64,000 nt of DNA from Acidobacteriota bacterium (GCA_963664705.1 OY761556.1:288001-352000); one strand, 5' to 3'; positions 28,783 through 39,001 are shown, numbered from the stretch's first letter. Program-made: numbers and translations. Notes: a model not told the origin generated them from the letters alone.

Positions 28783-30009
28783 ATGACTTCCATCACAGAC
28801 AGGCTCTCCCGAATTTCGGCCCTCCGTCCGGTCCGACTACCGGATTCAAAGCCCGTTTCTCCTCATAATTCGGAAAAGCTGATACAACTGCTCGATGCAG
28901 AGAACGTGCTTAACCGGCTTGGCAGCCATATGCGGCTGCGGGTTCGTTTCCCGGAGCCGAAATCGAGGGCGTTTCATTCCGGCGCGCTGCGTCTGATCAG
29001 CGCCGGGATCGAAGACTCTCTCTGCGACTCTACCAAATGGCTGTTTCTAGATACCGAGACAACCGGACTTGCCGGAGGGACCGGTACCTATGCTTTTCTT
29101 GTGGGTCTTGCCTGGTGGGATGAGGACTCTTTTGTTGTTGAACAGCATTTCATGGGGGATTACAGCGAAGAGCCATCTCTCCTGCTTGAGATTGCAGAGC
29201 GTATTTCCTGCAGCCGGGTTCTGGTTACATTTAACGGAAAGAGCTTCGACTGGCCGCTTCTGAAGACTCGGTTCCAGATGTCCCGGATGCGAGAGCATCC
29301 GGAGCCCTCCGTCCATCTGGATCTGCTTTATCCCGCAAGGCAGTTGTGGCGATTGAAGCTGGGATCCGTTGCTCTGATGCAGCTTGAGCGGCATGTGCTT
29401 GGTTTTGATCGCGGGCCGGATATTGCCTCTGAGACAATTCCGCAACGATATTTTGATTTTTTGCGGGGCGGCCCTTCCGAGCCGATTGCTGAAGTTTTTC
29501 ATCACAACCAGATGGATCTTTGCGGCCTGGCCTGGCTCGCGCTCCGCATGAATGAAGTTCTCGAAGATCCGGAACAGGATGGCTGTTGTGCCGGCGAGCT
29601 TTTTGGCATTTCGCGCATACTGCAAAAGCACGGGGACCATCGTCGCGCCGGGCATCTGTACCGGAAGGCCCTTGGCCAAGGACTGCCCAGGGCTGCCGAG
29701 CAGATCGCACAAAGGGAATTGGCGTATCTTGCGAAGCGCAACCGGGATTATGCCCTGTCCAATGAACTATGGGAAAAACTGCTGGACGACTCTGCCGTTG
29801 GTTTCAGGGCCTATGAGCAGTTGGCGATGTATTACGAACACCAGGCGAACCTTCCCGAAAGAGCCACCGAACTGTCGCGTGAAGCGCTTATAAGATTGCA
29901 GGGGGCTTTCCAGTCCGGCCTCATTTCACCCGCCGCATTCCGGCAGTTCCATGCCCGATTTCACCACCGGTTGTCCCGTCTTGCCAAGTTAAAGATAGGG
30001 GCATGCTGA
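28783..30009 (+). CDS. RNase H-fold DEDD exonuclease with TPR (MrfB/YprB-like)
   Basis: FLDTETTGL, TFNGKSFDWP, HLDLL, HNQMD; helical TPR C-terminus; 1 nt after the helicase. Confidence 0.9.
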   Translation: MTSITDRLSRISALRPVRLPDSKPVSPHNSEKLIQLLDAENVLNRLGSHMRLRVRFPEPKSRAFHSGALRLISAGIEDSLCDSTKWLFLDTETTGLAGGTGTYAFLVGLAWWDEDSFVVEQHFMGDYSEEPSLLLEIAERISCSRVLVTFNGKSFDWPLLKTRFQMSRMREHPEPSVHLDLLYPARQLWRLKLGSVALMQLERHVLGFDRGPDIASETIPQRYFDFLRGGPSEPIAEVFHHNQMDLCGLAWLALRMNEVLEDPEQDGCCAGELFGISRILQKHGDHRRAGHLYRKALGQGLPRAAEQIAQRELAYLAKRNRDYALSNELWEKLLDDSAVGFRAYEQLAMYYEHQANLPERATELSREALIRLQGAFQSGLISPAAFRQFHARFHHRLSRLAKLKIGAC

Positions 30010-30044
30010 GAGGATTTCGGATTTTGGATCCCAATTCCTGATTC

Positions 30045-31058
30045 CTAGAGGAAGGGACGGGCAACGCTCTCCAGCAGCGCGCCGATCAGGGCCGAGCAGG
30101 GGATAGTCAGGATCCAGGCCCAGACGATGTTGCGTGCCACTATCCACCGGACGGCCGAGAGCCGTTGGATGGATCCCGCCCCGACGATTGCACCCGTAAT
30201 TGTATGCGTGGTGCTGAGAGGGATGCCCAGGAGAGAAAGGAATACAATCGTGACTCCGCCTCCGGTTTCGGCGCAAAACCCCCCGACCGGCTGAAGGCGG
30301 GTAAGCCGCATGCCCAGCGTTCGCACGATTCGCCATCCTCCGAAGTATGTGCCCAACCCCATGGCAATGTTGCAGGCAAATATAACCCAGAGCGGCAAAT
30401 GCGCTTTGGCGCCTGAGGGCGCGGCGTGAGTCAGGTTGGCCGAAATGAGAAGAGCCAGAATAATACCCATAGTTTTCTGCGCATCATTCATGCCGTGACT
30501 GAAACTGAAGACGGAGGCTGAAAGGATCTGGCCGCGCCGAAAAATCTTGTCCACTTTCCGCGGTGGGAATTTGCGAAAAATGAGGTAAATCAGCATCATC
30601 ATCAACCTGCCCAGGATGATTCCCACGATGGGGGCGATGACGATGAAGGGGACAACCTTTATAAATCCCTGCGGTTTTAGTGCTACCCAGCCGACTTTGG
30701 CCACCGCCGCTCCGGCAAACCCGCCGATGAGGGCGTGAGAAGAGCTTGTAGGCAACCCGAAATACCAGGTAATCAAGTCCCACGCGATGGCGCCCAGCAA
30801 TCCGAACATGACCATATAGGGATCCAGGTATTGAGGGTGGACAATGTCGTGGCCTATCGTCGCGGCTACTTTGGTTTCGAGAAAAAATGCGGCGCTGAAG
30901 TTGCAGACCGCCGCGAGCAGGACCGCCGCGCGCGGCGAGAGAACCCTTGTGGATACAACGGTGGCTATCGAGTTGGCAGCGTCGTGAAAGCCATTCAGGA
31001 AATCAAAGGCCAGCGCCACCACAATCACAAACATGACCAGGGTTAACTGATGATCCAT
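30045..31058 (-). CDS. pit: PiT-family inorganic phosphate transporter
   Basis: NGFHDAANSIAT, PTSSSH, HGMNDAQKTMG, PLSTTH. Confidence 0.93.
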   Translation of the reverse strand: MDHQLTLVMFVIVVALAFDFLNGFHDAANSIATVVSTRVLSPRAAVLLAAVCNFSAAFFLETKVAATIGHDIVHPQYLDPYMVMFGLLGAIAWDLITWYFGLPTSSSHALIGGFAGAAVAKVGWVALKPQGFIKVVPFIVIAPIVGIILGRLMMMLIYLIFRKFPPRKVDKIFRRGQILSASVFSFSHGMNDAQKTMGIILALLISANLTHAAPSGAKAHLPLWVIFACNIAMGLGTYFGGWRIVRTLGMRLTRLQPVGGFCAETGGGVTIVFLSLLGIPLSTTHTITGAIVGAGSIQRLSAVRWIVARNIVWAWILTIPCSALIGALLESVARPFL

Positions 31059-31565
31059 GCGCTCTCCGTTGCCGGTTCGGATCACTCGGCTGTTTGTGGT
31101 GTTACTTATATCAGAACGATCGGCCCGGATCCCATAGGAAATTTTATCCTCGATTTTTCACTCATCGGCAGGCTCTTTATCTGCACCGACTCTCCATATA
31201 CGTAGTTCTGCGCATCGACATATGGCGTAAAGCACTTACCCGTCATTGGGTATTTCAGCCGATTGAGAACCGATGCGGTTCGCGGTTAAATGAAACATCA
31301 TTAATGCCCCGATGGCGGGAGGAATTCCTGTAGACGGGGAAGAGAATTGGCAATCATACGAGTTCTGGCTGCAATTGAAAAATGGATGCGGCCGATCGAG
31401 TTGTGGGGACTGCCTCCTGTGCGTGGTTAAGTAGGGGGGGCCGGGCACGTGGAGAGTCCCCACGGGGATATGTTTCTTAACGAAGCGCGAGCAACAATCT
31501 GCTTTATCAGGCGGTTTCAGAGCCGCTCCTGTCACAAAACCTGCTACTAGCCCGCTGTAACAACA

Positions 31566-31603
31566 AAGGGTTCCAGGTGAAAAACCGGAACCCTTGTTTT
31601 TTT
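31566..31603 (+). terminator. Intrinsic terminator-like hairpin with no upstream + strand CDS
   Basis: AAGGGTTCC / GGAACCCTT stem followed by G and 7 T. Confidence 0.6.
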
Positions 31604-31827
31604 GGAATAATGCTTTCAGCTTGTTGGTTCCGGGTTCTTCTGAGGCTCTTGGATTGCACATTGGATCGCAGGCGAATTATAGGCTGTATTTTGGCGAGGA
31701 TCGAGCTTTCCGAGGTTGACATCGACGGATTTTGGTGGGATGGTAGTCGAGGATGGCAAACCCGTACCCAATATCGTGATTATTAACAAGAAGCCCTGTT
31801 TTCTCCAACTTGCGGAGTGGTGGATCA

Positions 31828-32478
31828 ATGGCGAAAGAGTATCGCGTAATCCTTGCAGATGATCACATCCTTGTCCGACGTGGATTGAGGCGAATTCTTG
31901 AAGAGAAAGGCAATCTGGAAATTGCGGCCGAAGTGGGCGACGGGCTGGAATTACTGAGTGTTTTGAACAAGATTGAGCCCAATCTGGTCATCCTCGATGT
32001 TTCGATGCCGCACCTGAGAGGCATCGAAGCAATTCCCGAAATACGCCACGTCCGACCCGATGTTAAAGTCCTGATGCTTACCATGCACAATGAGGAGGAG
32101 TATCTGTACCAGGCTATTTCCGCTGGCGCAGATGGCTATCTGCTGAAAGAGGATGCGGAGAAAGAGCTGTTTACCGCAATTGAGAATATCCAGGCAGGGA
32201 AAATCTACATTTCCCCGGGATTGGCCGATCAATCCATGCAGAACTGGGCACGCCTGCGTCGCGGCGAGGACGATTTTCACATTGTCGAATCGCTGACGGT
32301 ACGCCAGCGGGAGATACTGAAACTGATCGCTGAAGGCAAATCCAACAAGGAAATCGGCGATTTGCTCTGTATCAGCGTTCGAACGGTAGAACGCCACAGG
32401 GCTAACATGATGAGCAAACTGAACATCCGCAAGACGGCCGAACTCGTTCAGTACGCTCTGCGCAAACACTACATCTAA
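31828..32478 (+). CDS. NarL/LuxR-family response regulator (orphan)
   Basis: LADDH, LDVSMP, YLLK; HTH LTVRQREILKLIAEGKSNKEIG. Confidence 0.95.
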   Translation: MAKEYRVILADDHILVRRGLRRILEEKGNLEIAAEVGDGLELLSVLNKIEPNLVILDVSMPHLRGIEAIPEIRHVRPDVKVLMLTMHNEEEYLYQAISAGADGYLLKEDAEKELFTAIENIQAGKIYISPGLADQSMQNWARLRRGEDDFHIVESLTVRQREILKLIAEGKSNKEIGDLLCISVRTVERHRANMMSKLNIRKTAELVQYALRKHYI

Positions 32479-32725
32479 AGATCCGGCATCCTGGTGCTCG
32501 AGTCCGGCTCAATTCTGCCTTCGGCTCGGGCTTTGCTATTGATTCGATCAAATCGGATGTAGCCGGGTTATTCCCACACTGGTACAATCGCCCCTGGGAT
32601 CGAGAAGCTATGCCGGCATCGCCGGAGCTCAGAATGTCTGGGAGAGATTTTGGCTGTTTCGTGTTTTCCCAGCCCTTTGGAATGCCCTGCGCGATGCGAA
32701 GATTCTCTCAAACAGGAGCCGGTGA

Positions 32726-33730
32726 ATGTCCGAATCAGACTGTATGCAGAACAAGAACTTTGCCATCATCGGCGTGGGAGGATATATCGCGCCGAGACAT
32801 TTGAAGGCGATCAAGGCTACTGGAAACCGCGTTGTTGCAGCCCTGGACAAGCATGACAGCGTCGGAATTATGGATAGCTATTTTCCGGAAGCCGAGTTCT
32901 TTACCGAGTTCGAACGATTCGACCGGCACGTGGAGAAGCTGCGCAGAAGAGGGGGGGAGTCCAGGATTCACTACATCAGTATCTGCTCGCCGAACTATCT
33001 TCACGATGCACACATCCGTTTTGCGCTCCGCGTCAATGCCAACCCGATCTGCGAGAAACCGCTCGTCATCAATCCATGGAATGTGGAAGCCCTCGAGGAG
33101 CTCGAGCGGGATTACGGGAAAAAGATCTATTGTGTTTTGCAGTTGCGCCACCACCCAGCTCTGATCGGCCTGAGAGATCAGATCCAAAAAGAGGCGAGAT
33201 CCGAACGCCATGTAATCGACATGACATACATCACTTCGCGCGGGCGGTGGTACTTTACTTCCTGGAAGGGAGATTCCGAAAAATCGGGTGGTGTCGCAAC
33301 CAACATCGGAATTCACTTCTTTGACATGCTGATGTGGATTTTTGGAGATGTCCAGTATCATGAGTTGCACCATTCGGATCGGACACGGATGGCCGGTTTT
33401 CTGAGACTGGAGAAGGCTGATGTTCGCTGGTTCCTCTCGGTTAATCAGGCGGATTTGCCGATTCAAGCCGGGGCGAAGCCCACTTTCCGTTCCATTACCG
33501 TGGATGGCCATGAGGTCGAGTTTTCGGAAGGCTTCACTGATCTCCACACGCTGGTGTATCAGGATATCCTGTCGGGGGGAGGCTGCGGTATTCCTGAGGT
33601 CCGCCCATCGATAAACCTGGTCCACACATTACGCTTTTCATCGGCTCAGCGTGGTGACAATGATCGCCGGCATCCGCTGCTGTCTCAATTGCCCGGAATC
33701 CAGGATTCCCTGGCGCAGGCAGGGCATTAA
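32726..33730 (+). CDS. UDP-GlcNAcA 3-dehydrogenase-like Gfo/Idh/MocA oxidoreductase (WbpB/WlbA-like)
   Basis: GGYIAPRH, SPNYLHDAH, CEKP, NIGIHFFD, FTDLHT. Confidence 0.88.
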   Translation: MSESDCMQNKNFAIIGVGGYIAPRHLKAIKATGNRVVAALDKHDSVGIMDSYFPEAEFFTEFERFDRHVEKLRRRGGESRIHYISICSPNYLHDAHIRFALRVNANPICEKPLVINPWNVEALEELERDYGKKIYCVLQLRHHPALIGLRDQIQKEARSERHVIDMTYITSRGRWYFTSWKGDSEKSGGVATNIGIHFFDMLMWIFGDVQYHELHHSDRTRMAGFLRLEKADVRWFLSVNQADLPIQAGAKPTFRSITVDGHEVEFSEGFTDLHTLVYQDILSGGGCGIPEVRPSINLVHTLRFSSAQRGDNDRRHPLLSQLPGIQDSLAQAGH

Positions 33731-33775
33731 GCCGATCGTTGCCTGCTTTGGTGAAAATAAAACAGGAGAATACAA

Positions 33776-34447
33776 ATGCCTGAGTCTCGTGGTTCCTATT
33801 TTGCGCACTCCAGCAGCTATGTGGATGAAGGAGCTCTGATCGGGGATGGAACGAAGATATGGCACTTTTGTCATGTCAGTTCCGGGGCGCAGATAGGCAA
33901 AAACTGTGTTCTTGGACAGAACGTATTTGTCGCCGACGGCGTCGTACTTGGGAATAACTGCAAAATCCAGAACAACGTTTCGATCTATAGCGGAACGATT
34001 CTAGAGGATGATGTATTCCTGGGACCAAGTTGTGTTCTGACCAATGTAACAAACCCCAGGAGTCAGGTAATACGTCATAGTATCTACGAAAAAACTCTGA
34101 TACGGAGGGGCGTTTCGATCGGGGCCAATGCCACGATTGTGTGTGGCATCGAATTGGGCCGATATGCCTTTATTGCTGCGGGGGCGGTTGTATCTGCCAA
34201 TATGCCGGACTATGCCTTGGTGATGGGAGTGCCGGGTCGCCGCTGCGGGTGGATGAGCCGACATGGACATCGCTTGTCAGCGCCGGATGGGGAGGGAATC
34301 TTGACTTGCCCGGAGAGCGGATTCAAATACAGGGAAGTGCAGACAGGGGTACTTCGGTGTCTGGATCTCGATGAAGAGGCTCCGCTGCCGGCGGGTCTTG
34401 CCGTGGGTGCCAGGTCGTATGATGAATTCAAGAACACTCGCGAATAG
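33776..34447 (+). CDS. Hexapeptide-repeat N-acetyltransferase (WbpD/WlbB-like)
   Basis: TKIWHFCHV, KIQNNVSIY, TNVTNPRS, IGANATIVCG; C-terminal CPESG. Confidence 0.88.
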   Translation: MPESRGSYFAHSSSYVDEGALIGDGTKIWHFCHVSSGAQIGKNCVLGQNVFVADGVVLGNNCKIQNNVSIYSGTILEDDVFLGPSCVLTNVTNPRSQVIRHSIYEKTLIRRGVSIGANATIVCGIELGRYAFIAAGAVVSANMPDYALVMGVPGRRCGWMSRHGHRLSAPDGEGILTCPESGFKYREVQTGVLRCLDLDEEAPLPAGLAVGARSYDEFKNTRE

Positions 34448-34587
34448 CGGCACGAGTGTTCTTGCACACAGACCATGGTCGAAGGCGAAGCCCTTCGGCT
34501 CTATGATTTTCAAGGCGGCAGCAAGCCGACGCGCTCCATGGACCCTTTCGGGCACGTTCCTACCAATAATTTACAGAGGGAAGAGAT

Positions 34588-35685
34588 TTAGCGTGTCGAC
34601 TTGCTCTTAGCCGCGGTTTTGGGCTGGGCTGCAAGCTCTTCGTCGACGATTTCCGATATCTCTTCTGCCGAACGGCTTCCGTACAGAAACCTTCCATTGA
34701 TGAACATCGCCGGTGTTCCTTCCACTCCAGCCGCGGAACCGGCGCGAACGTCTTCATTCACTTTGCCGCCGAATCGCTTAGAATCGAGGCAGGAATTGAA
34801 GGCGGTCATATTAAGGCCCAGCTGGTTCGCTTTACTCCGCAGATCCTCATCTCGCAGGCTGTTCTGATTCTGAAATAGCAGATCATGCATTTCCCAGAAG
34901 TGTCCCTGGGCATCCGCGCACAGAGAAGCTTCTGCGGCTCTTTGTGCATTGGCGTGGATGTTTGTCAGCGGGAACTGTCGGAAAACCAGGTGAATCTTAT
35001 CGCCATATTCCTTGGTAACCTCTTTTACGGCCGCGCTGAATCGCTTGCAATATGGGCACTGGAAATCGGAAAAGACGACAAGGAGAACGGGCGCTGACGC
35101 CGGACCAAGGGATGGGCGGTCTGCCGCATTGACATCAAAGCGGAGCGGCTGAATCATGCGGACCACTTTATGTTCCTTTTCCAGTCTGCCCAAAAGCGCT
35201 TCTCGCAGATCGCCCTCTCTCTGCTGCCTGAGATATTTTTTGATCTGCGGGATAGATTCCTCTTTTGATTTTGTGATTCGCTGCTTGTTCTGCTCGTAAA
35301 AGTTCTCTATTTCCTCAGCGGTTGGTTCCGTAATCTTTTGCTGGATCTCTTTTGCCAAAAGCTCGTCTTTTGAAATGTGTTGTTTTTCCGCTTCGGCCTT
35401 CAGGAGCTTTTCCTCAATGATGCTGTTTACGGCTTCTTCCAGGATCTCGTGCTCACTTCGAGCCGCAATGGCTTTTGTCCGCAGGTTTTGCAGTTCGAGC
35501 GAGTCCAGTTTTTCGGCGCCTTCCGCTCTTGCCTGTGTTTCGGTAATGGCGATGCCGTCGATTGTCGCCAATTGCCTGCTGACCGGGGGCTTCGGCTCTT
35601 TTGTTTTAAGCGGTTTTTCGGAACAAATGGCCGACATGCCGGATACAACGCACAACACGGCGAAGACGCGGATAAGAAATTTCAT
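34588..35685 (-). CDS. Exported DsbA-family oxidoreductase with SurA-N-like helical domain
   Basis: Signal peptide; FSDFQCPYC, RQFPL, GVEGTPAMFING. Confidence 0.9.
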   Translation of the reverse strand: MKFLIRVFAVLCVVSGMSAICSEKPLKTKEPKPPVSRQLATIDGIAITETQARAEGAEKLDSLELQNLRTKAIAARSEHEILEEAVNSIIEEKLLKAEAEKQHISKDELLAKEIQQKITEPTAEEIENFYEQNKQRITKSKEESIPQIKKYLRQQREGDLREALLGRLEKEHKVVRMIQPLRFDVNAADRPSLGPASAPVLLVVFSDFQCPYCKRFSAAVKEVTKEYGDKIHLVFRQFPLTNIHANAQRAAEASLCADAQGHFWEMHDLLFQNQNSLRDEDLRSKANQLGLNMTAFNSCLDSKRFGGKVNEDVRAGSAAGVEGTPAMFINGRFLYGSRSAEEISEIVDEELAAQPKTAAKSKSTR

Positions 35686-35862
35686 TGGTTACCTCTTGGT
35701 TTCATGTTTCTTTCAGTTACTCGATTCCTGCGAGCGGCTCTGAATCGGAAGTCAACGGGCGTCAACCCTGATCCAGCTGAAATTATGGTCCAAGAAGGAC
35801 CGTTACGCCACCCGATTTATTCCCGAAATGACCACCGGGGATACTCCGGGCAAACTTCGCGT

Positions 35863-37305
35863 CTATGAGTTGAGCTCAAAAGCCAGGTAGATTCTTTTTC
35901 CATTCCTCTCGATCATGAACAAAATGGTGCTGTCTTCTTTCATCCGGTTCAGGACGGAGGTCAGATCGGATGCCCCATTCAAAGGAATATGGTTGATGGC
36001 ACAGATGATGTCGCCGGGTATAACGCCGGCTACATCTGCAAGACTCCCCGGAGTTACCTCGAGAACGAGAACGCCCCTGGATGTTACCAGATGCATGGTC
36101 GCCTGAATCTCGGGCGTAACGGTTTCAATTGTCAGGCCAACCCCTCCACGCTCTCTTGCTTGTGGCGAACGGAAGATGCCGGCGATGGCCGATGGCCTTT
36201 CTCCAACGAGTACATTGGTCGAAAATTCGCTGCCATCGCGGAACACTTGAAGGAGAGCGGTAATGCCGATTGGCGCATTGGCCACGGCCGCTGCAAGAGC
36301 ATGTGCCGTCGGCACACGCTGATGATTGAACTCAACGATTATATCCCCTGACCGGATTCCTGATCTTTCGGCGGGGCCTCCAGGCAATACATCGGATACC
36401 AGGGCCCCGGAGCGGATGGGCAATCCGAAGCTCCTGGCTATCTCAGGCGTGACTTCCTGAATCTGCGTGCCGATCCAACCGCGTGTCACCGCCCCCGTTT
36501 TCAAAAGCTGCTCGTATACTTTCCAGGCAGTAGCGGCCGGGATGGCAAACCCAATTCCATTGATTCCTCTGCCCGGGTTGGCTGAGGAGGTGGTGACGCC
36601 AACCACCTTGCCCTGCAGATTCACGAGCGGTCCGCCGCTGTTGCCTGCGTCGATGATGGCATCGGTCTGCAGAAAATCGTTCAGATGGTCGGATCCACCG
36701 GTCCGGCCTTTAGCGCTGATAATTCCGGCGGTCATGGATTGATCCAGGCCAAACGGGCTGCCAAAAGCTGCTACCCAGTCGCCGACTGCAATCGTGTCTG
36801 AGTTCTCCATCTTGAGAGCAGGCAGATCATGGGTCCTGGCTTTGAGAACCGCAAGATCCGTTTTGGGATCGGTCCCAATAATGACGGCCTCCACACTTCT
36901 ATGATCGCTCAGTCTTACGATGATTTTGGCGGCATCATCAACGATATGGCTGTTTGTAAGTATGTATCCACCGGAATCTATGATAAATCCCGACCCGAGA
37001 TTTTTTTGCAATTCCGGTTCGAATTCAAGAGGGCTCAACAGGGAATGCCCTCGAAACAGCTCGCCAAAGAGATTGCTGGGGTTTTGCTTTGTCGCCGTTA
37101 CAGCGGTGATATTGACAACAGAAGGTTCTACGCGAGTTGCGAGCACGGAGAAGTCGGGGCTTGGTTCGTAGCTGGCAGTCTTTGCATGAGCTTCATGTGT
37201 AGCCGCGCGCGATCTCCAGTGGGTTGAGGCCACATAGCCCAGGAATCCTGTCGCCACCAGCAGCATCATGACGAATCCGAGTGCAAATCCTCTGCGGATA
37301 TTCAT
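35863..37305 (-). CDS. HtrA/DegP serine protease, paralogue 2 (2 PDZ)
   Basis: GSGFII, TNSHIV, DLAVLK, DAIIDAGNSGG; N-terminal TM; two PDZ domains. Confidence 0.93.
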   Translation of the reverse strand: MNIRRGFALGFVMMLLVATGFLGYVASTHWRSRAATHEAHAKTASYEPSPDFSVLATRVEPSVVNITAVTATKQNPSNLFGELFRGHSLLSPLEFEPELQKNLGSGFIIDSGGYILTNSHIVDDAAKIIVRLSDHRSVEAVIIGTDPKTDLAVLKARTHDLPALKMENSDTIAVGDWVAAFGSPFGLDQSMTAGIISAKGRTGGSDHLNDFLQTDAIIDAGNSGGPLVNLQGKVVGVTTSSANPGRGINGIGFAIPAATAWKVYEQLLKTGAVTRGWIGTQIQEVTPEIARSFGLPIRSGALVSDVLPGGPAERSGIRSGDIIVEFNHQRVPTAHALAAAVANAPIGITALLQVFRDGSEFSTNVLVGERPSAIAGIFRSPQARERGGVGLTIETVTPEIQATMHLVTSRGVLVLEVTPGSLADVAGVIPGDIICAINHIPLNGASDLTSVLNRMKEDSTILFMIERNGKRIYLAFELNS

Positions 37306-37336
37306 CTGATCCCGCCTTTCAAACCAACACAAAGCG

Positions 37337-37379
37337 CGAGCGGATGATCGGCATATCCAGAGTGCCGATCATCCGCTCG
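37337..37379 (-). terminator. Intercistronic 17-bp perfect stem-loop
   Basis: CGAGCGGATGATCGGCA / TGCCGATCATCCGCTCG with a 9-nt loop; U-rich tail on the - strand. Confidence 0.65.
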
Positions 37380-37398
37380 TGCGATAACCCAGGAGCGA

Positions 37399-38913
37399 TT
37401 AGGACAGGTCGAATGCCAGGTAAATCGTCTGCCCTTGCCGAACCACACTTAACAGCACGGTGTTTCCGTTCTTTAGATTCCGAGTCATTGACTGCAAATC
37501 GGAAACGTTGGTGATTGGCTTGTGGTTGACTCCACGGATTACATCGCCTCTCTGCACGCCTCCATCGTCCGCAGGACTGCCGGATTGAACATCCGTTACC
37601 AGCGCGCCAGTAGTAGACGTGAGATTCAGTTGCTCGGCGAGATCATGGTTGAGGTTCTCAACCGTCACCCCCAGTTTGATCCCTTCCGTTTTGTCCGCGT
37701 CGGAAGACTCGGAACGGCCCGCCGCCCGATCCGCTGGTTTCTCTCCGACCGACACTTCCATCATCCTTGTCCCGCCATCGCGGAACACCTTGAGTTTTGC
37801 CGGTATTCCAATTTTGCTTTCCGCTACGGCAAGCGACAGATCTCTCGGGTTCTTGGTTTCCTTCCCATTGTAATCGAGGATGATGTCTTCCGGACGCAGA
37901 CCGGCCTTTGCTGCCGGGCTGTTGGGTTCCACTTGAGAGATAAGAACGCCATCTGTTGTTTTCATCCCAAAGCTCTTGGCGAGTTCAGGCGTCATTTCCT
38001 GAATCCCGACTCCGAGCCATCCGCGCGTGACCTTTCCGGATTCGACCAGTTGTTGATACACGTTGTCGGCCATGGTGGATGGAATTGCAAGACCCACGCC
38101 CTGGAATCCGCCGCTTTGGCTGAGAATCATGGTGTTGATGCCAACGACTTCTCCATTGAGATTGACCAGCGGTCCCCCGCTGTTTCCGGGATTAATGGCC
38201 GCATCGGTTTGAAGGAAATTGTCGTAGTTGCCTGAGCCGATGTAGCGTCCCTTGGCGCTGATAATCCCGGCCGTCATCGTCTGTTCGAGCCCGAATGGAC
38301 TGCCGAAGGCCAGTACCCACTCGCCTACCTTCACCTGATCTGCACTGGCCAGTTTCACCGCAGACAGATTTGATTCGTTGACTTTGATGACCGCAAGATC
38401 CGTTTGGGGATCCGTGCCCACCACCGTTCCGGGAATTTCACGTCCATCCTGCAGCTTCACGCGAATCTTGGTCGCGTCCTTGACTACATGGTCATTGGTC
38501 AGGATGTAACCACGCGGATCGACCACGAACCCGGAGCCCAGGCTTCGTTGCTTGAGATTTTTGGGTTGGTTAAAAAAGAAGCCGAATGGGCTGTTCTCTC
38601 CAAACAAGCCGCCAAAATCCTCCGGCATTCCGGTATTGCGAACGATCTGTTCGGTACTGATGTTGACAACCGAGGGTTCCACAATCCGGGCAACCCTCTC
38701 GAATGCGGTGCTGAGATTGTCACTGGGCGCTGCGGCGGCTGCAGCGCTATTGGTATTGGCCGGGGCAGGACTGCCTGCTTCGCGGGCTCCAACAAAGCCC
38801 AGCGCGCCGGCCAGGATCAGCATGAGCAATCCCGAACCGAGTGCCAATCCATGCCTGAATCCCAACTTCCTCAGTTTCTTTTCGGATTCCATTGATTTCA
38901 TTTCCAAAGCCAT
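37399..38913 (-). CDS. HtrA/DegP (Do-family) serine protease, paralogue 1
   Basis: TNDHVV, DLAVIK, QTDAAINPGNSGG; two PDZ domains. Confidence 0.95.
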   Translation of the reverse strand: MALEMKSMESEKKLRKLGFRHGLALGSGLLMLILAGALGFVGAREAGSPAPANTNSAAAAAAPSDNLSTAFERVARIVEPSVVNISTEQIVRNTGMPEDFGGLFGENSPFGFFFNQPKNLKQRSLGSGFVVDPRGYILTNDHVVKDATKIRVKLQDGREIPGTVVGTDPQTDLAVIKVNESNLSAVKLASADQVKVGEWVLAFGSPFGLEQTMTAGIISAKGRYIGSGNYDNFLQTDAAINPGNSGGPLVNLNGEVVGINTMILSQSGGFQGVGLAIPSTMADNVYQQLVESGKVTRGWLGVGIQEMTPELAKSFGMKTTDGVLISQVEPNSPAAKAGLRPEDIILDYNGKETKNPRDLSLAVAESKIGIPAKLKVFRDGGTRMMEVSVGEKPADRAAGRSESSDADKTEGIKLGVTVENLNHDLAEQLNLTSTTGALVTDVQSGSPADDGGVQRGDVIRGVNHKPITNVSDLQSMTRNLKNGNTVLLSVVRQGQTIYLAFDLS

Positions 38914-38985
38914 ATGTTCCTCCGCTTTGCTTCTGTTTTGCCGTTCCGGGCTCCTGTCGTCACGGCCAAATCCGTGCTGAATGAC

Positions 38986-39001
38986 TGCACATCGCGTGCC
39001 A
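38986..39001 (-). promoter_or_regulatory. Sigma54 (-24/-12) promoter upstream of htrA
   Basis: Minus strand TGGCACGCGATGTGCA, i.e. GG-N10-GC with the TGGCACG consensus. Confidence 0.8.

Noticed and set aside
26415-30009. DISARM/Druantia-type defence system (DUF1998 helicase)
   Set aside because: No methylase, drmA/drmD or PLD genes; the partner is a YprB-like exonuclease, matching MrfAB repair.
32521-32538. Sigma54 promoter upstream of the wbpB-like gene (CGGCTCGGGCTTTGCT)
   Set aside because: GG-N10-GC spacing is present but the -24 box is weak and it lies in a probable hairpin after luxR; not enough support.
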